A stretch of DNA of 56,155 nucleotides from Clostridia bacterium (GTDB lineage: Bacteria; CBDUZB01; JAGLHV01): the NCBI GenBank assembly GCA_030595925.1, contig JAUVLC010000002.1, positions 1 to 56,155 of the forward strand, written 5' to 3'. Numbering within the stretch: position 1 is the first letter of the stretch; each line of letters starts with the position of its first letter. Shown piece by piece: positions 1 through 9,978 of this stretch. Under the pieces are notes generated by a model. That model was not told the DNA's origin. It did not search any database and saw nothing but the letters and a program-made list of their open reading frames with translations. Both the position numbers and the translations under genes were made by a program.

Positions 1-280
1 ATCCCCGCACTCGGCTTTAGGATTACAAAACATTTCACTGCGACAATCAGTTACCCTCTTTCGTCTCGTTTCATAAAACATTTTGCAATACTAAATCAGG
101 ATTATTCCCACCCTATTAAATACGCCTTCCATCTAAAAAGACGAACTCTTCTGTTTGATAGTGTAAGATATTCTTCTGACATTACGTGAGTGTGTCATAA
201 TCCCTTTTCTAAAAATTATCCCACTAAATATTACACTAACAGAAAGGAATAATTGTTTTTAAAAATTATATGAGTTTATA

Positions 281-309
281 TGTTAACCATAACAAAGAAA
301 AGGTTGACA
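281..309 (+). promoter_or_regulatory. BirA-operator-like inverted repeat TGTTAACC-N13-GGTTGACA overlapping the bioY -35
   Basis: Half sites lie at 281-288 and 302-309 and match 7/8 as an inverted repeat. The site is immediately upstream of a biotin transporter gene. The half-site type resembles known BirA boxes (TGTwAACC). Confidence 0.35.
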
Positions 310-332
310 AAAATGATTTAATAATTTAAAAT
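304..332 (+). promoter_or_regulatory. sigma70-type promoter of the bioY operon
   Basis: TTGACA at 304-309, a 17-nt spacer, then TAAAAT at 327-332. It lies about 40 nt upstream of the SD-preceded ATG at 370. Confidence 0.5.
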
Positions 333-369
333 ATTGCAGGAAATAAAACAAAAAAACAAAGGGGGAAAA

Positions 370-957
370 ATGGTTAGTCAATCTCTAAATCAGGTATGGT
401 CAGCAGGAAAAAAAGAAATAATTTTAGATAAAAAGGTATGTGCAATAATCGGAGTAGGCGGGTTTATTATTGCTACGGCATTAGCTGCTTATGCTAAAAT
501 TTATTTACCCTTTACTCCTGTTCCCATAACGTTGCAAACCCTTTTTGTCTTACTTTCCGGAGCGGTATTAGGTAAAAAATTAGGTGGAATATCGCAGTTG
601 GGGTATTTGACGTTAGGTGCGGTAGGATTACCCGTTTTTACCGGTGCGGGAGGAATAGGATATTTTTTTGGTCCAACAGGAGGATATTTAATCGGATTCT
701 TATTAGCTTCCTGGGTAATAGGTAAAATGCTGGAAGAAGAAAAAAGATTCCCATGGGTAATTTTATCTTTTTTTACCGGAACAGTAATTATTTATTTGTT
801 AGGCATGGTGCATTTATCAGTAGTAATGAGAATAGGAATGGGGAAGGCTTTTGCTTTAGGGGTAGCACCTTTTATTCCCGGAGGCCTTTTAAAAATAATT
901 TTTGCCGGTTTGTTATATAATAGATATAAAGCAAGATTTAAAGCAATTTTTAAGTGA
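370..957 (+). CDS. bioY: biotin transporter BioY (ECF S-component type)
   Basis: Multi-TM protein with the BioY-like core LQTLFVLLSGAVLG...GPTGGYLIGF. The GGGGG SD lies 5 nt before the ATG at 370. The ORF-track TTG at 334 sits almost on the predicted TSS, so I chose 370. Confidence 0.85.
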   Translation: MVSQSLNQVWSAGKKEIILDKKVCAIIGVGGFIIATALAAYAKIYLPFTPVPITLQTLFVLLSGAVLGKKLGGISQLGYLTLGAVGLPVFTGAGGIGYFFGPTGGYLIGFLLASWVIGKMLEEEKRFPWVILSFFTGTVIIYLLGMVHLSVVMRIGMGKAFALGVAPFIPGGLLKIIFAGLLYNRYKARFKAIFK

Positions 958-2780
958 AAAAAATTGCCTTTTGCGGAATAGTTGGGTATTTTATTTTTAT
1001 GCCCTTTTGGTTATGGGGGGAAAGCGTTTACTTAAATACAGTACGGTTGGGAAGTTCTTTCCCCGGGAGTTTTGTTCAAGGGTCTCCCTATGTAGAAATT
1101 ATCGACCAAAAAGAAATAGAAACATTACCAATTACTTCTATCGGTCAGCTGCTTGATTATACCCTGGGTGTAGATATGAGCAGGCGTAATCCCTGGGGAA
1201 TGCAGGCAGATATTAATATAAGAGGATGTACTTTTCAACAAGTTTTGGTTCTTATTAATGGAGTAAGAGTCAACGATCCACAAACCGCTCACCACAATAT
1301 GGATTTTCCCATAACTATAAATGATATAGAAAGAGTTGAAATTTTATATGGTGCAGGCTCTTGTCTTTACGGCGCAGATGCTTTCGGAGGAGTGATTAAT
1401 CTGATAACTAAAAGGCCGCAGGGAGATGAATTTTTAAAAAGTATTCAAATAGGTTTTAGTGAATATAATACCGGGAATGTTTCTTTTTCTTTAAAGCAAG
1501 GTGGAAAATTCAGTAAAAGAATTTCTTTTCAAAAAATGAAATCTGATGGGTTTCGATACGACACGGATTTTGATAATAATAACTTTTTTAGCAGTTTTGT
1601 CTGGAATATGTTTAGCCCCGGGTCTGATCTTCAGCGAGGAAAAATTTCCCTGGATTTAGGATTTATGGATAAGGAATTCGGAGCTTATGATTTTTATACA
1701 CCGGGAATGAATTTTCCTTCCAAAGAATGGACAAAAACTTACCTGTCTATTATTAAGGGATCTTACAGAATTAATAAAACAATAATGATTGATTCTAATT
1801 TCTCTTTTCGCTGTCATGAGGATAAATACATATTAGATATAAACAACCCTTCCTGGTATGTTAATGAACATACATCTTCTACTTGCGGAGGCGGTTTGCA
1901 GTCTAAGTTTTTCCTTAAAGGGGCAGGGAATTTAGCTGTGGGAGGGGAAATAAATAGCGAAGAGATAGACAGTACCTCTTTAGGAGAACATAGTCGCTTG
2001 AGGAAAGCAGTTTTTGCTGAATATTTGCTGCCGGGACCTATTTGGAAAATGGATTTTAATACCGGTTTACGTCTTGATTCTTCTGACTGGGGACAGATGT
2101 TATCTCCCCAATTAGGTATTGGGTGGAGGGTTGTGCCTTTTTGTGGAGTGCATATGTCGGTTAGCCGTGCTTTTCGTATTCCTTCTTTTACAGAACTTTA
2201 TTACCAAAGTCCGGTAAATAGCGGTAATGTTAATCTTAACCCGGAGGAAAATGTGTCGTATCAATTAAAAGTGGATTTTTCAAGTAAAAATCAAGATAAA
2301 ACAGGGATTATTTTTTTTAGAAAGGAAGAAAAAAATCTTATTGACTGGATAAAAAATGATGAAAATCAAACTCAATGGTCTGCGGAAAATATAGGGAAAG
2401 TCGATTTTAACGGATTAGAAATTTTTTTAAAGAAAAAAATAAATAAAAACATAAGTACGCAGTTAGGATATACTTATGTTGATTCTATATTAAAAAAGGA
2501 TGATTACATTTCTAAATATGGATTGAAATATAGCAAACATCAAATTTCCTGCAAAATAAATCATTTTTTATATAGGGGAATTAATCATGTATGGTGTGGG
2601 GTTTATAAACAAAAAGAAGATAGGGATTTTTTTATTTTAGATACGCGTCTACTCTTAACTATTAAAAAATGGAAATTGTTTTTAGATGTAAAAAATATTT
2701 TTGATGAGAAATATGAAGAAGTTATCGGTATTGGGCAACCGGGAAGATACTGGGGGAGCGGGGTAATGCTAAAATTTTAG
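954..2780 (+). CDS. TonB-dependent outer-membrane receptor (plug plus beta-barrel, BtuB-sized)
   Basis: Signal-like N-terminus; plug motifs DINIRG...VLVLINGVRVND...ERVEILYGAGSCLYGADAFGGVINLITK; aromatic C-terminal residue (F). The GTG start overlaps the bioY stop. Confidence 0.85.
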   Translation: MKKIAFCGIVGYFIFMPFWLWGESVYLNTVRLGSSFPGSFVQGSPYVEIIDQKEIETLPITSIGQLLDYTLGVDMSRRNPWGMQADINIRGCTFQQVLVLINGVRVNDPQTAHHNMDFPITINDIERVEILYGAGSCLYGADAFGGVINLITKRPQGDEFLKSIQIGFSEYNTGNVSFSLKQGGKFSKRISFQKMKSDGFRYDTDFDNNNFFSSFVWNMFSPGSDLQRGKISLDLGFMDKEFGAYDFYTPGMNFPSKEWTKTYLSIIKGSYRINKTIMIDSNFSFRCHEDKYILDINNPSWYVNEHTSSTCGGGLQSKFFLKGAGNLAVGGEINSEEIDSTSLGEHSRLRKAVFAEYLLPGPIWKMDFNTGLRLDSSDWGQMLSPQLGIGWRVVPFCGVHMSVSRAFRIPSFTELYYQSPVNSGNVNLNPEENVSYQLKVDFSSKNQDKTGIIFFRKEEKNLIDWIKNDENQTQWSAENIGKVDFNGLEIFLKKKINKNISTQLGYTYVDSILKKDDYISKYGLKYSKHQISCKINHFLYRGINHVWCGVYKQKEDRDFFILDTRLLLTIKKWKLFLDVKNIFDEKYEEVIGIGQPGRYWGSGVMLKF

Positions 2781-2791
2781 TTCTCTGTTAC

Positions 2792-3487
2792 CTAAGAAAT
2801 TTCTTTAAATTGAGCAATAATAAGAATGATCAGCTCTTTACCCTGGGTATAGAGCCATTTCCATATTTTCTGAGTAGTGAAACAACTTACTTCAAAGAAT
2901 TCTCTTATAGAAAAAAAATCTGCCATAGTCCATCCCAGGATTAAAGACAAAACAATGATATTCATTAACCATATGATTACCAGGGAAAAAAACATTCCGC
3001 CTTTTTGAAGGTCTGACTGTTCCTTTCTTAATGAAAAAAAACAAAAAGATAAATGAAATGACCATGAAAATCCGATTAAAAAGATTAATAAAGAAAAAAA
3101 AGATTTTAAGGGATAGAAAAAATTAACAGAATAATAAATAGCTAAAATTAAAAAAGTGTAAAAAGGAAAGAAGTAAGGAGCCAGGGTAATTAAGAAATTG
3201 ACCCTGGTAAGCTGAACTTCTCCTCTATTTTTAAAAACCTTTAGTTTTTTTACTTTTCCGCCAAAGGCTACTGACCAGAGAGCATGGGTTAATTCATGTC
3301 CTAAAATGTATATACGAAAAGGGGTAAATACGAATGTTTGCAAAATGAGATAGGAAAGGAACCCGGTGATAAAATATATTAGCGAATAAGAACCTCCTAA
3401 AGAAAAAACCTGGGACATTAATCCGGCAACGGCTGCTAAACATACGGGAATAAGAAAAAGGCTGATTGAAAATTTTAAAAAACGCAA
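2792..3487 (-). CDS. integral-membrane zinc metallopeptidase, M50B-like (HExxH)
   Basis: About 6 TM segments, the motif GHELTHALW, and a downstream SD acidic motif. Confidence 0.55.
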   Translation of the reverse strand: MRFLKFSISLFLIPVCLAAVAGLMSQVFSLGGSYSLIYFITGFLSYLILQTFVFTPFRIYILGHELTHALWSVAFGGKVKKLKVFKNRGEVQLTRVNFLITLAPYFFPFYTFLILAIYYSVNFFYPLKSFFSLLIFLIGFSWSFHLSFCFFSLRKEQSDLQKGGMFFSLVIIWLMNIIVLSLILGWTMADFFSIREFFEVSCFTTQKIWKWLYTQGKELIILIIAQFKEIS

Positions 3488-3493
3488 TTGAAA

Positions 3494-3874
3494 TCAGTTC
3501 TCCTTTGTTTTGAATAGTGTATGGATGATGATTAAGGCCAGCATTATTCCTGTTGTATCGATTAATACATCAGTGACAGAGGGACAGCGGGTGGCAACGT
3601 AATGTTGGTGTAGTTCATCGGAAACAGCAAAAAACAAAGAAAGAGTTCCTGACCAGAGGTAAGTTTTTATTTTATCCCAGGAAAAAGTGATTTTAAGTGC
3701 TCGCCAGAGAAGAATAACCAGAATAAAATATTCTATTATGTGAGCCAGTTTGCGTAAAAAGAATCCCCATTTGTAGTTAATCCCTAAATTCGGAGTAGCG
3801 GAAAGAAGATAAATTATTCCCATCCAGAGAAATACCGGCATCCAGGAGTTTATATGTGTTTTAAGTTTTTTCAT
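3494..3874 (-). CDS. VanZ-like family membrane protein
   Basis: Four TM segments with LRKLAHIIEYFIL...DELHQ...TDVLIDTTG, typical of the VanZ family. Confidence 0.7.
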   Translation of the reverse strand: MKKLKTHINSWMPVFLWMGIIYLLSATPNLGINYKWGFFLRKLAHIIEYFILVILLWRALKITFSWDKIKTYLWSGTLSLFFAVSDELHQHYVATRCPSVTDVLIDTTGIMLALIIIHTLFKTKEN

Positions 3875-4059
3875 TTTGTTATTTTTTTCCCATCCTTTTT
3901 TTTGTATAATAAAATTATCAAAAAAAGGGTAATAAAAAATTTATTGGTTTATAATACCTAAAATTTAAATAAAATTCAAGAGTAAATTAAAGATGTTGGT
4001 ATTATTTGTTGTTAAAACCGCGAATAAAAGGACGGTTTGGTAATCCAACAGGAGTAAAA

Positions 4060-6042
4060 ATGGATAGATTTAAGTTGAAAACAGAATATAATCCCAGGGG
4101 AGATCAACAACAAGCAATAGATTCTTTAAGTAAAGGCATCAAGCAAAAAGAAAAAAATCAAGTTCTTCTGGGGGTTACCGGTTCGGGCAAAACCTTTACC
4201 ATGGCTAATGTAATTGCTAAACTTAATAAACCCACCTTAATTATTTCCCATAATAAGACATTAGCCGCACAACTCTATTCTGAATTCAGGCAGTTTTTTC
4301 CGGAAAATGCCGTGGAATATTTTGTTAGTTATTATGATTATTATCAACCCGAAGCCTATATTCCCCATAAGGATGTTTATATAGAGAAAGACTCTTCCAT
4401 CAATGAAAAAATAGACCGCTTAAGACTTAGAGCGACCAGTTCTCTTCTGGAAAGAAAAGATGTGATTATTGTTGCCTCGGTTTCGTGTATTTATGGAATT
4501 GGGTCTCCTGAAGAATGGGAAGAATCTCTGATAAGTTTGCAAGAGGGAAGGATTATTATGCAGGGGGATTTGCTCAGGAGTTTGGTCGATATACAATATG
4601 AAAGAAATGAGATTAATTTTTCCAGAGGGAAATTTAGGGTAAGAGGGGATGTAATAGAGGTTTTTCCCGCTTACTTGGAGACGGCATTACGAATTGAATT
4701 TTTCGGTGATAAAATTGATAAAATTAGCGAAATAAATCCTTTAACCGGTAGAGTACTTAAAAGGAAAAATACTGCTTATATTTATCCGGCAAAACATTTT
4801 GTTACTACTGCTCCCCGCAGGGAAAAAGCTATAAAAGAAATAAGGAAAGAATTAGATGAACGATTGAAATGGTTTGACGGCCAAGGTAAACCTTTAGAAG
4901 CTGAGAGATTAAAGATGAGGACTAATAATGATATAGAAATGATGCAGGAGATAGGGGTTTGTCATGGAGTTGAAAATTATTCCCGTCACCTGTCAGGGAG
5001 AAAACCGGGACAAGCACCTGCTTGTCTGATTAATTATTTTCCTAAAGATTTTCTTTTAATTATTGATGAGTCTCATGTGGCTATTCCTCAAATAAGAGGA
5101 ATGTATGCAGGAGATAGATCGCGTAAAGAAAACTTAATAAATTATGGATTTCGTCTTCCCAGTGCTTTGGATAACCGCCCTTTAAAATTTAATGAATTTG
5201 AAAAGATAACCAATCAGGTAATTTATCTTTCGGCCACTCCCGGACCTTATGAATTAGAAAAAAGTAAGGGAGAATTTATAGAACAGATCATTCGGCCTAC
5301 GGGATTGGTGGATCCCATAATAACGGTAAAACCCATAGAAGGACAAATAAAGGATTTAATTTTCCAGGTAAAGCAAAGAATTGCTAAAAAACAAAGGACA
5401 TTGATAACTACTCTCACTAAGAGAATGGCAGAGGATTTGAGTGATTATCTCCACCAGGAGGGATTATGTGTGAGGTATTTGCATTCGGAAATTAATGTTT
5501 TAAAACGGATAGAAATTTTACAATCATTGCGTAAAGGGGATTTTGATGTTTTGGTAGGAATAAATCTTTTAAGGGAGGGATTGGATTTACCGGAAGTTTC
5601 TTTAGTAATAGTATTGGATGCGGATAAAGAAGGGTTTTTACGAAGTGAGACTTCTTTAATTCAGGTTTGTGGTAGGGCGGCCAGGAATGTAGACGGTGAA
5701 GTAATAATGTATGCGGATTCTATAACCGGTTCGATGGAAAGGGCTATTAAGGAAACCCGGAGAAGAAGAAAAATACAAACAGAATATAATGAACAATATA
5801 ATATTACTCCTCAAACTATTCAAAAAGCTATTCGGGAAGGAATAGAGGAGTATAAGAGTGAAAAACAGGAAATATCTTCTTTCGTTTTCCGGGAAGGTTT
5901 CGGATTTTTGGCTCAAAAAGAAAAGGGTCAAATTTTAAATGACTTAAAGCGGCAAATGAAAGAAGCGGCAAATGAATTGGATTTTGAATTAGCCATAATT
6001 TTAAGGGATAAAATTAATCAATTTAATAAGAAGAAAAAATAA
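4060..6042 (+). CDS. uvrB: excinuclease ABC subunit B
   Basis: Motifs [17 protein letters not shown], Walker A GVTGSGKT and DESH, plus the C-terminal UVR motif ([12 protein letters not shown]). The AGGAG SD precedes the ATG at 4060; the ORF-track start at 4006 adds a non-conserved leader. Confidence 0.97.
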   Translation: MDRFKLKTEYNPRGDQQQAIDSLSKGIKQKEKNQVLLGVTGSGKTFTMANVIAKLNKPTLIISHNKTLAAQLYSEFRQFFPENAVEYFVSYYDYYQPEAYIPHKDVYIEKDSSINEKIDRLRLRATSSLLERKDVIIVASVSCIYGIGSPEEWEESLISLQEGRIIMQGDLLRSLVDIQYERNEINFSRGKFRVRGDVIEVFPAYLETALRIEFFGDKIDKISEINPLTGRVLKRKNTAYIYPAKHFVTTAPRREKAIKEIRKELDERLKWFDGQGKPLEAERLKMRTNNDIEMMQEIGVCHGVENYSRHLSGRKPGQAPACLINYFPKDFLLIIDESHVAIPQIRGMYAGDRSRKENLINYGFRLPSALDNRPLKFNEFEKITNQVIYLSATPGPYELEKSKGEFIEQIIRPTGLVDPIITVKPIEGQIKDLIFQVKQRIAKKQRTLITTLTKRMAEDLSDYLHQEGLCVRYLHSEINVLKRIEILQSLRKGDFDVLVGINLLREGLDLPEVSLVIVLDADKEGFLRSETSLIQVCGRAARNVDGEVIMYADSITGSMERAIKETRRRRKIQTEYNEQYNITPQTIQKAIREGIEEYKSEKQEISSFVFREGFGFLAQKEKGQILNDLKRQMKEAANELDFELAIILRDKINQFNKKKK

Positions 6043-6205
6043 TAGGATTAGGTAATATAGTTTAAAAATTAAAAATATTGATAGGGGATTGAAAGAAAGG
6101 GTTTTCGGTAGATTCTACCATAAATTTCAGTCAACTTTTACTGGGTTTAAATTCAAGCAAAATGACAGAGATGGGGGGATAATGTCTTATTTCTCATCTA
6201 TTTTC

Positions 6206-6234
6206 TTGACAAAAACCCATTTGTGGTATAAAAT
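6206..6234 (+). promoter_or_regulatory. sigma70-type promoter upstream of the EndoQ-like gene
   Basis: TTGACA at 6206-6211, a 17-nt spacer, then TAAAAT at 6229-6234. It would give a G/U-rich leader of about 80 nt. Confidence 0.45.
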
Positions 6235-6320
6235 TTATTAAAATGGGAGGTTGTTGGTACGTTTGGGTGAAAAGACTGTGGTAGTTTGGAAGTCGTGTGG
6301 GAGAAAAAAGGAAATAAGAG

Positions 6321-7553
6321 ATGGTGTTTGTTGCTGATTTTCATATACATTCCAAATATAGCCGTGCTACCAGTCCTAATATGGATTTGGAAAATTTAGC
6401 CTGGTTTGCTAAGCTGAAAGGGATTGGCTTATTAGGAACCGGTGATTTTACCCATCCGCAATGGTTGATTGACCTTAAAAAAAATCTTAAGCCTTGCGAA
6501 AATGGGGTTTTTATTTATAAAAGTGTACATTTTGTACTTACCTGTGAAGTATGTACTATTTTTTATGATAAGGGAAAAGCGAAAAAGGTTCATATTATTC
6601 TTTTTGCGCCAGGTTTTGAAGTAGTAGAAAAAATAAAGAAAGCTTTATCTAAATACGGGAATCTTGGTGCGGATGGGCGGCCTATACTTAAATTAGAGGC
6701 TAAAAATTTAGTAAAAATAGTTCTTAATATATCGGATAATTGTTTTCTTGTTCCGGCGCATATTTGGACGCCTCATTTTTCTTTATTTGGAGCCAACTCG
6801 GGATTTGATAGTATAGAAGAATGTTTCCAGGAGCAAACAAAGAATATTTATGCCCTGGAAACAGGCCTTTCTTCTGATCCGGCAATGAATCGGCGGATTT
6901 CTTATTTAGATAGATTTTCTCTTATTTCTAATTCTGACAGCCATTCCCCTTCTAAAATAGGAAGGGAAGCAAATGTGTTTGATTGCAAATTGGAATACAA
7001 TGAAATTTTAAACGTTTTAAAGACAAAAGATAATAAGAAATTTTTGTATACAATAGAATTTTTTCCGGAAGAAGGCAAATATCATTTTGACGGACATAGA
7101 AAGTGTAATGTGAGAATGACTCCCCGTGAGGCACTAAATAACCAAAATCTATGCCCTGTTTGTGGAAAAAAACTAACTATTGGGGTAATGCATAGAATTG
7201 AGCAGCTTGCTGATAGAAATGCTGGGTTTTCACTTTCAAAGAAGATTCCTTTTAAGCACTTAATTCCTTTGCCGGAAGTAATTTCTCAGGCTATTAATAG
7301 AGGGATAGGAACAGTAAGTGTGGAAAAAGAATATAATAAATTAATTAATCGGATAGGTGCGGAATTTGATATTCTGATGAATGTTGACAGGGAAGAATTA
7401 GAAAAGGTTACTTTACCGAAAATTGCGGAAGGGATAATTAAGATAAGGGAGAAAGAAGTAAAAATTCTTCCCGGGTATGATGGGGTTTACGGAAAAATAA
7501 AAATTTTGTGGGACAACAAAGGAAAAGAAAAAAAACAATTATCTCTTTTTTGA
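6321..7553 (+). CDS. PHP-domain endonuclease Q-like protein (TIGR00375 type)
   Basis: N-terminal ADFHIHSKYSRATS...GTGDFTHPQW PHP motif and a CPVCGKKLTIGV zinc-finger-like segment. Confidence 0.65.
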   Translation: MVFVADFHIHSKYSRATSPNMDLENLAWFAKLKGIGLLGTGDFTHPQWLIDLKKNLKPCENGVFIYKSVHFVLTCEVCTIFYDKGKAKKVHIILFAPGFEVVEKIKKALSKYGNLGADGRPILKLEAKNLVKIVLNISDNCFLVPAHIWTPHFSLFGANSGFDSIEECFQEQTKNIYALETGLSSDPAMNRRISYLDRFSLISNSDSHSPSKIGREANVFDCKLEYNEILNVLKTKDNKKFLYTIEFFPEEGKYHFDGHRKCNVRMTPREALNNQNLCPVCGKKLTIGVMHRIEQLADRNAGFSLSKKIPFKHLIPLPEVISQAINRGIGTVSVEKEYNKLINRIGAEFDILMNVDREELEKVTLPKIAEGIIKIREKEVKILPGYDGVYGKIKILWDNKGKEKKQLSLF

Positions 7554-7604
7554 TTTGAGTCTGTTTTCACAGTATAAAATAGAAAAAGTATATATTTAAA
7601 GCTT

Positions 7605-8288
7605 ATGAATTTATTAGCTGTTTATGAACGATTGCAGGGCCATTTTAAAATAAAAGATTGCTGGTGGCCACACGAAACTACTTTTGAAATAATGGTGGGA
7701 GCACTTCTTACACAGAATACAGCATGGGGAAATGTAGAAAAAGCGATAAAAAATTTAAAAACAGAAGGTCTTCTTAATATAAAGAGTTTATCAAAAATCA
7801 ATCGGAAAAAATTAGAAGAAGCGATTCGTCCTTCCGGTTTCTATAAACAAAAGGCCGGATATCTTTCAGCATTTAGTAAGCATTTATATACAAAATATAA
7901 AGGTGATTTAAATGCTTTTTTTAATCGCGACACCCATATAATTCGTCGGGAACTTTTATTGTATAAAGGTGTTGGTAAAGAGACGGCGGATTCTATGCTT
8001 TTGTATGCAGGGAATAAGTTGATTTTTGTTATAGATGCTTATACTAAAAGAATGTGCTTTCGTTTGGAACTTACCGAGTTGGGTGATTATGATAAATTAC
8101 AATTGTTTTTTCAGGATAACTTAAGAAATGACTTGTTTTTATATAAGCAATTTCATGCCTTAATTGTGGAATTAGGGAAAAATTTTTGTAAAAGTAATCC
8201 TTTATGTGGGAAATGTCCATTAAAAAGAAAATGTAAACAGCAGGGGATAAGCGAAAAGTTGAAGAAAAGGGAGAGCAGGGAATTATAA
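7605..8288 (+). CDS. endonuclease III-related HhH-GPD protein with a C-terminal Fe-S cysteine cluster
   Basis: Motifs LLTQNTAWGNVEKAI and GVGKETADSMLLYA (HhH), plus CKSNPLCGKCPLKRKC. Confidence 0.75.
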   Translation: MNLLAVYERLQGHFKIKDCWWPHETTFEIMVGALLTQNTAWGNVEKAIKNLKTEGLLNIKSLSKINRKKLEEAIRPSGFYKQKAGYLSAFSKHLYTKYKGDLNAFFNRDTHIIRRELLLYKGVGKETADSMLLYAGNKLIFVIDAYTKRMCFRLELTELGDYDKLQLFFQDNLRNDLFLYKQFHALIVELGKNFCKSNPLCGKCPLKRKCKQQGISEKLKKRESREL

Positions 8289-9961
8289 TGATATTGAGAA
8301 TAGGGGAAAGAGGAGATAAACTGCATGGTTTGAACCAAACAATAGAGAGATTAGAGTTCAAGTTAAATGCTTTGGAAAAAATCAATGAAGCGATAAATTT
8401 AAATGAACAAATAGATATTACCATAAATAAAATAATGCAGTTGTTTTTGGAGTTGTTTAATGCCGAATATATCCTGATTATTTTAACCGGGAAGAAAAAA
8501 AGCGAATTTAAAATTAGTTGTTCGGATTGGGGAGATAAAGAAAAAGAACAAAAAGAAAAACTTTTAATAAACAAAACGATTCCGGAAAAAGGTATAATAA
8601 AAGAAGTAATTGATAAGGGGATTTCAATAGCAGGAACAAGTCCTTTATCAAATGAAATGGAATTTGAAAAAGAATTAGAAGGCTGTATAGGGTTTTCCGT
8701 AAGAAATTTTCTCTGTGCTTCCTTAAAAAATAAAAACCGGAAATTGGGAGTGATTGAGATATTTAATAAAAAAGGGGAAAACTCAGATTTTTCCGAAGAA
8801 GATATGGATTTAATTAATTTTTTGTCTAATAAAATAGGTAGTGAGATAGAAAATGCCGGATTGGTTAGTGAGAGGAATCAAAAAATTTTAGAGTTGAATA
8901 GTCTTATTAGGGCAACAGAGTTGATTAATTCTACATTGGAACTTAAAGTGCTACTGGATGTAGTGATGCAATTAGCTATGAAAATGTTGAGTGCTGAGGC
9001 GGCATCGTTGCTTCTGCTTGATGAAGAAAGGCAGCAGCTTTATTTTGAATCTGCCCAGGGAGAAAAAGGAGAAAGAATAGAAAGGACATATTTGACTAGA
9101 GGAGAAGGTATTGCTGACTGGGTAGTACATGCGGGGAAAGATGCGTTAGTTCCTGATGTGAGTAAAGACCAGCGTTTTTGTAAAAAAATGGATCGTTTTT
9201 CAGGGTTTGAAACCAAATCCATTTTATGTGTTTCCTTGAAAGTAAAAAATAGAGTTATTGGAGTAACGGAGGTTATAAATAAAGTGGGAAAAGGAAGTTT
9301 TACTTCCGCGGATTTAGTGTTACTCAAGACATTGTCTTCACAGGCTGCAGTGGCTATTGAAAAAGTAAAATTATATCGGAAATTAAATAATATGGGTATA
9401 GCAGTGGTGAAGTCTTTAATGACGGCTATAGATGCTAAACATCCTTACACCCGGGGCCAATCTGAACGGGTAACGAAATATGCCTTAATTATAGCCCGGG
9501 AATTATGTTTTTCTGCGGAAGAGATGCGAAATGTACAATTGGCCGGATTGTTGCATGATATAGGAAAAATAGGAATCCCGGAAAAAATTTTGGAGAAAAA
9601 TGGAAGTTTTTCAAGGGAAGAGTGGATAATAGTGAAAAAACATCCTATTCTTGGAGCGGAAATATTAAGTCCCATAAAAGAATTGAAAGATCTTATTCCT
9701 ATTATTCGTCACCATCATGAGAGATTAGATGGGACAGGATATCCGGATGGATTAAAGGGAGAGAAAATTCCCTTGATTAGCAGGATTATTGCTATAGCCG
9801 ATGCTTTTGATTCTATGACTTCTCCCAGGTTTCATAAAAAAGAAAAATCCGATATGGAAGCTTTACGTGAAATAAAAAATAATGAAAAATCACAATTTGA
9901 CACCGGATGTGCGGAAGCGTTTATAAATGGCTATAGAAAAGAGTATATTCTTAGAGAATAA
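8288..9961 (+). CDS. GAF-GAF-HD-GYP domain signalling protein (probable c-di-GMP phosphodiesterase)
   Basis: Two GAF-like regions followed by HDIGKIGIPEKIL and HHERLDGTGYPDGL. Its ATG overlaps the preceding stop (TAATG). Confidence 0.8.
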   Translation: MILRIGERGDKLHGLNQTIERLEFKLNALEKINEAINLNEQIDITINKIMQLFLELFNAEYILIILTGKKKSEFKISCSDWGDKEKEQKEKLLINKTIPEKGIIKEVIDKGISIAGTSPLSNEMEFEKELEGCIGFSVRNFLCASLKNKNRKLGVIEIFNKKGENSDFSEEDMDLINFLSNKIGSEIENAGLVSERNQKILELNSLIRATELINSTLELKVLLDVVMQLAMKMLSAEAASLLLLDEERQQLYFESAQGEKGERIERTYLTRGEGIADWVVHAGKDALVPDVSKDQRFCKKMDRFSGFETKSILCVSLKVKNRVIGVTEVINKVGKGSFTSADLVLLKTLSSQAAVAIEKVKLYRKLNNMGIAVVKSLMTAIDAKHPYTRGQSERVTKYALIIARELCFSAEEMRNVQLAGLLHDIGKIGIPEKILEKNGSFSREEWIIVKKHPILGAEILSPIKELKDLIPIIRHHHERLDGTGYPDGLKGEKIPLISRIIAIADAFDSMTSPRFHKKEKSDMEALREIKNNEKSQFDTGCAEAFINGYRKEYILRE

Positions 9962-9978
9962 ATTCGGAGGTTTTAAAA

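Noticed and set aside
5656-5931. Antisense or overlapping ORFs from the six-frame track that lie inside strongly supported genes. Examples: 902-1156, 5656-5931, 6952-7134, 8071-8574, 9040-9327, 10593-10781, 12324-12524, 14511-14732, 15338-15619, 15902-16183, 17180-17449, 20806-21087, 21324-21599, 24523-24747, 25923-26282, 27767-27955, 28142-28339, 31430-31636, 32535-32735, 33513-33986, 34405-34641, 35070-35333, 35640-35867, 38033-38230, 39770-40138, 40496-40708, 42227-42487, 45118-45393, 45907-46143, 46074-46371, 48786-49019, 51109-51357.
   Set aside because: Each lies wholly within, or antisense to, a gene with clear family motifs. Their translations are low-complexity (F/L/I/S-rich), as expected from the reverse frames of AT-rich coding DNA. 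None has a convincing SD.
6234-6320. A 13-codon Trp-rich mini-ORF (MGGCWYVWVKRLW) in the EndoQ-like gene leader. It is reminiscent of an attenuation leader peptide.
   Set aside because: It has no SD before its ATG and no terminator or antiterminator pairing downstream. The downstream gene has no link to tryptophan. The G/U-rich leader composition explains the TGG codons.
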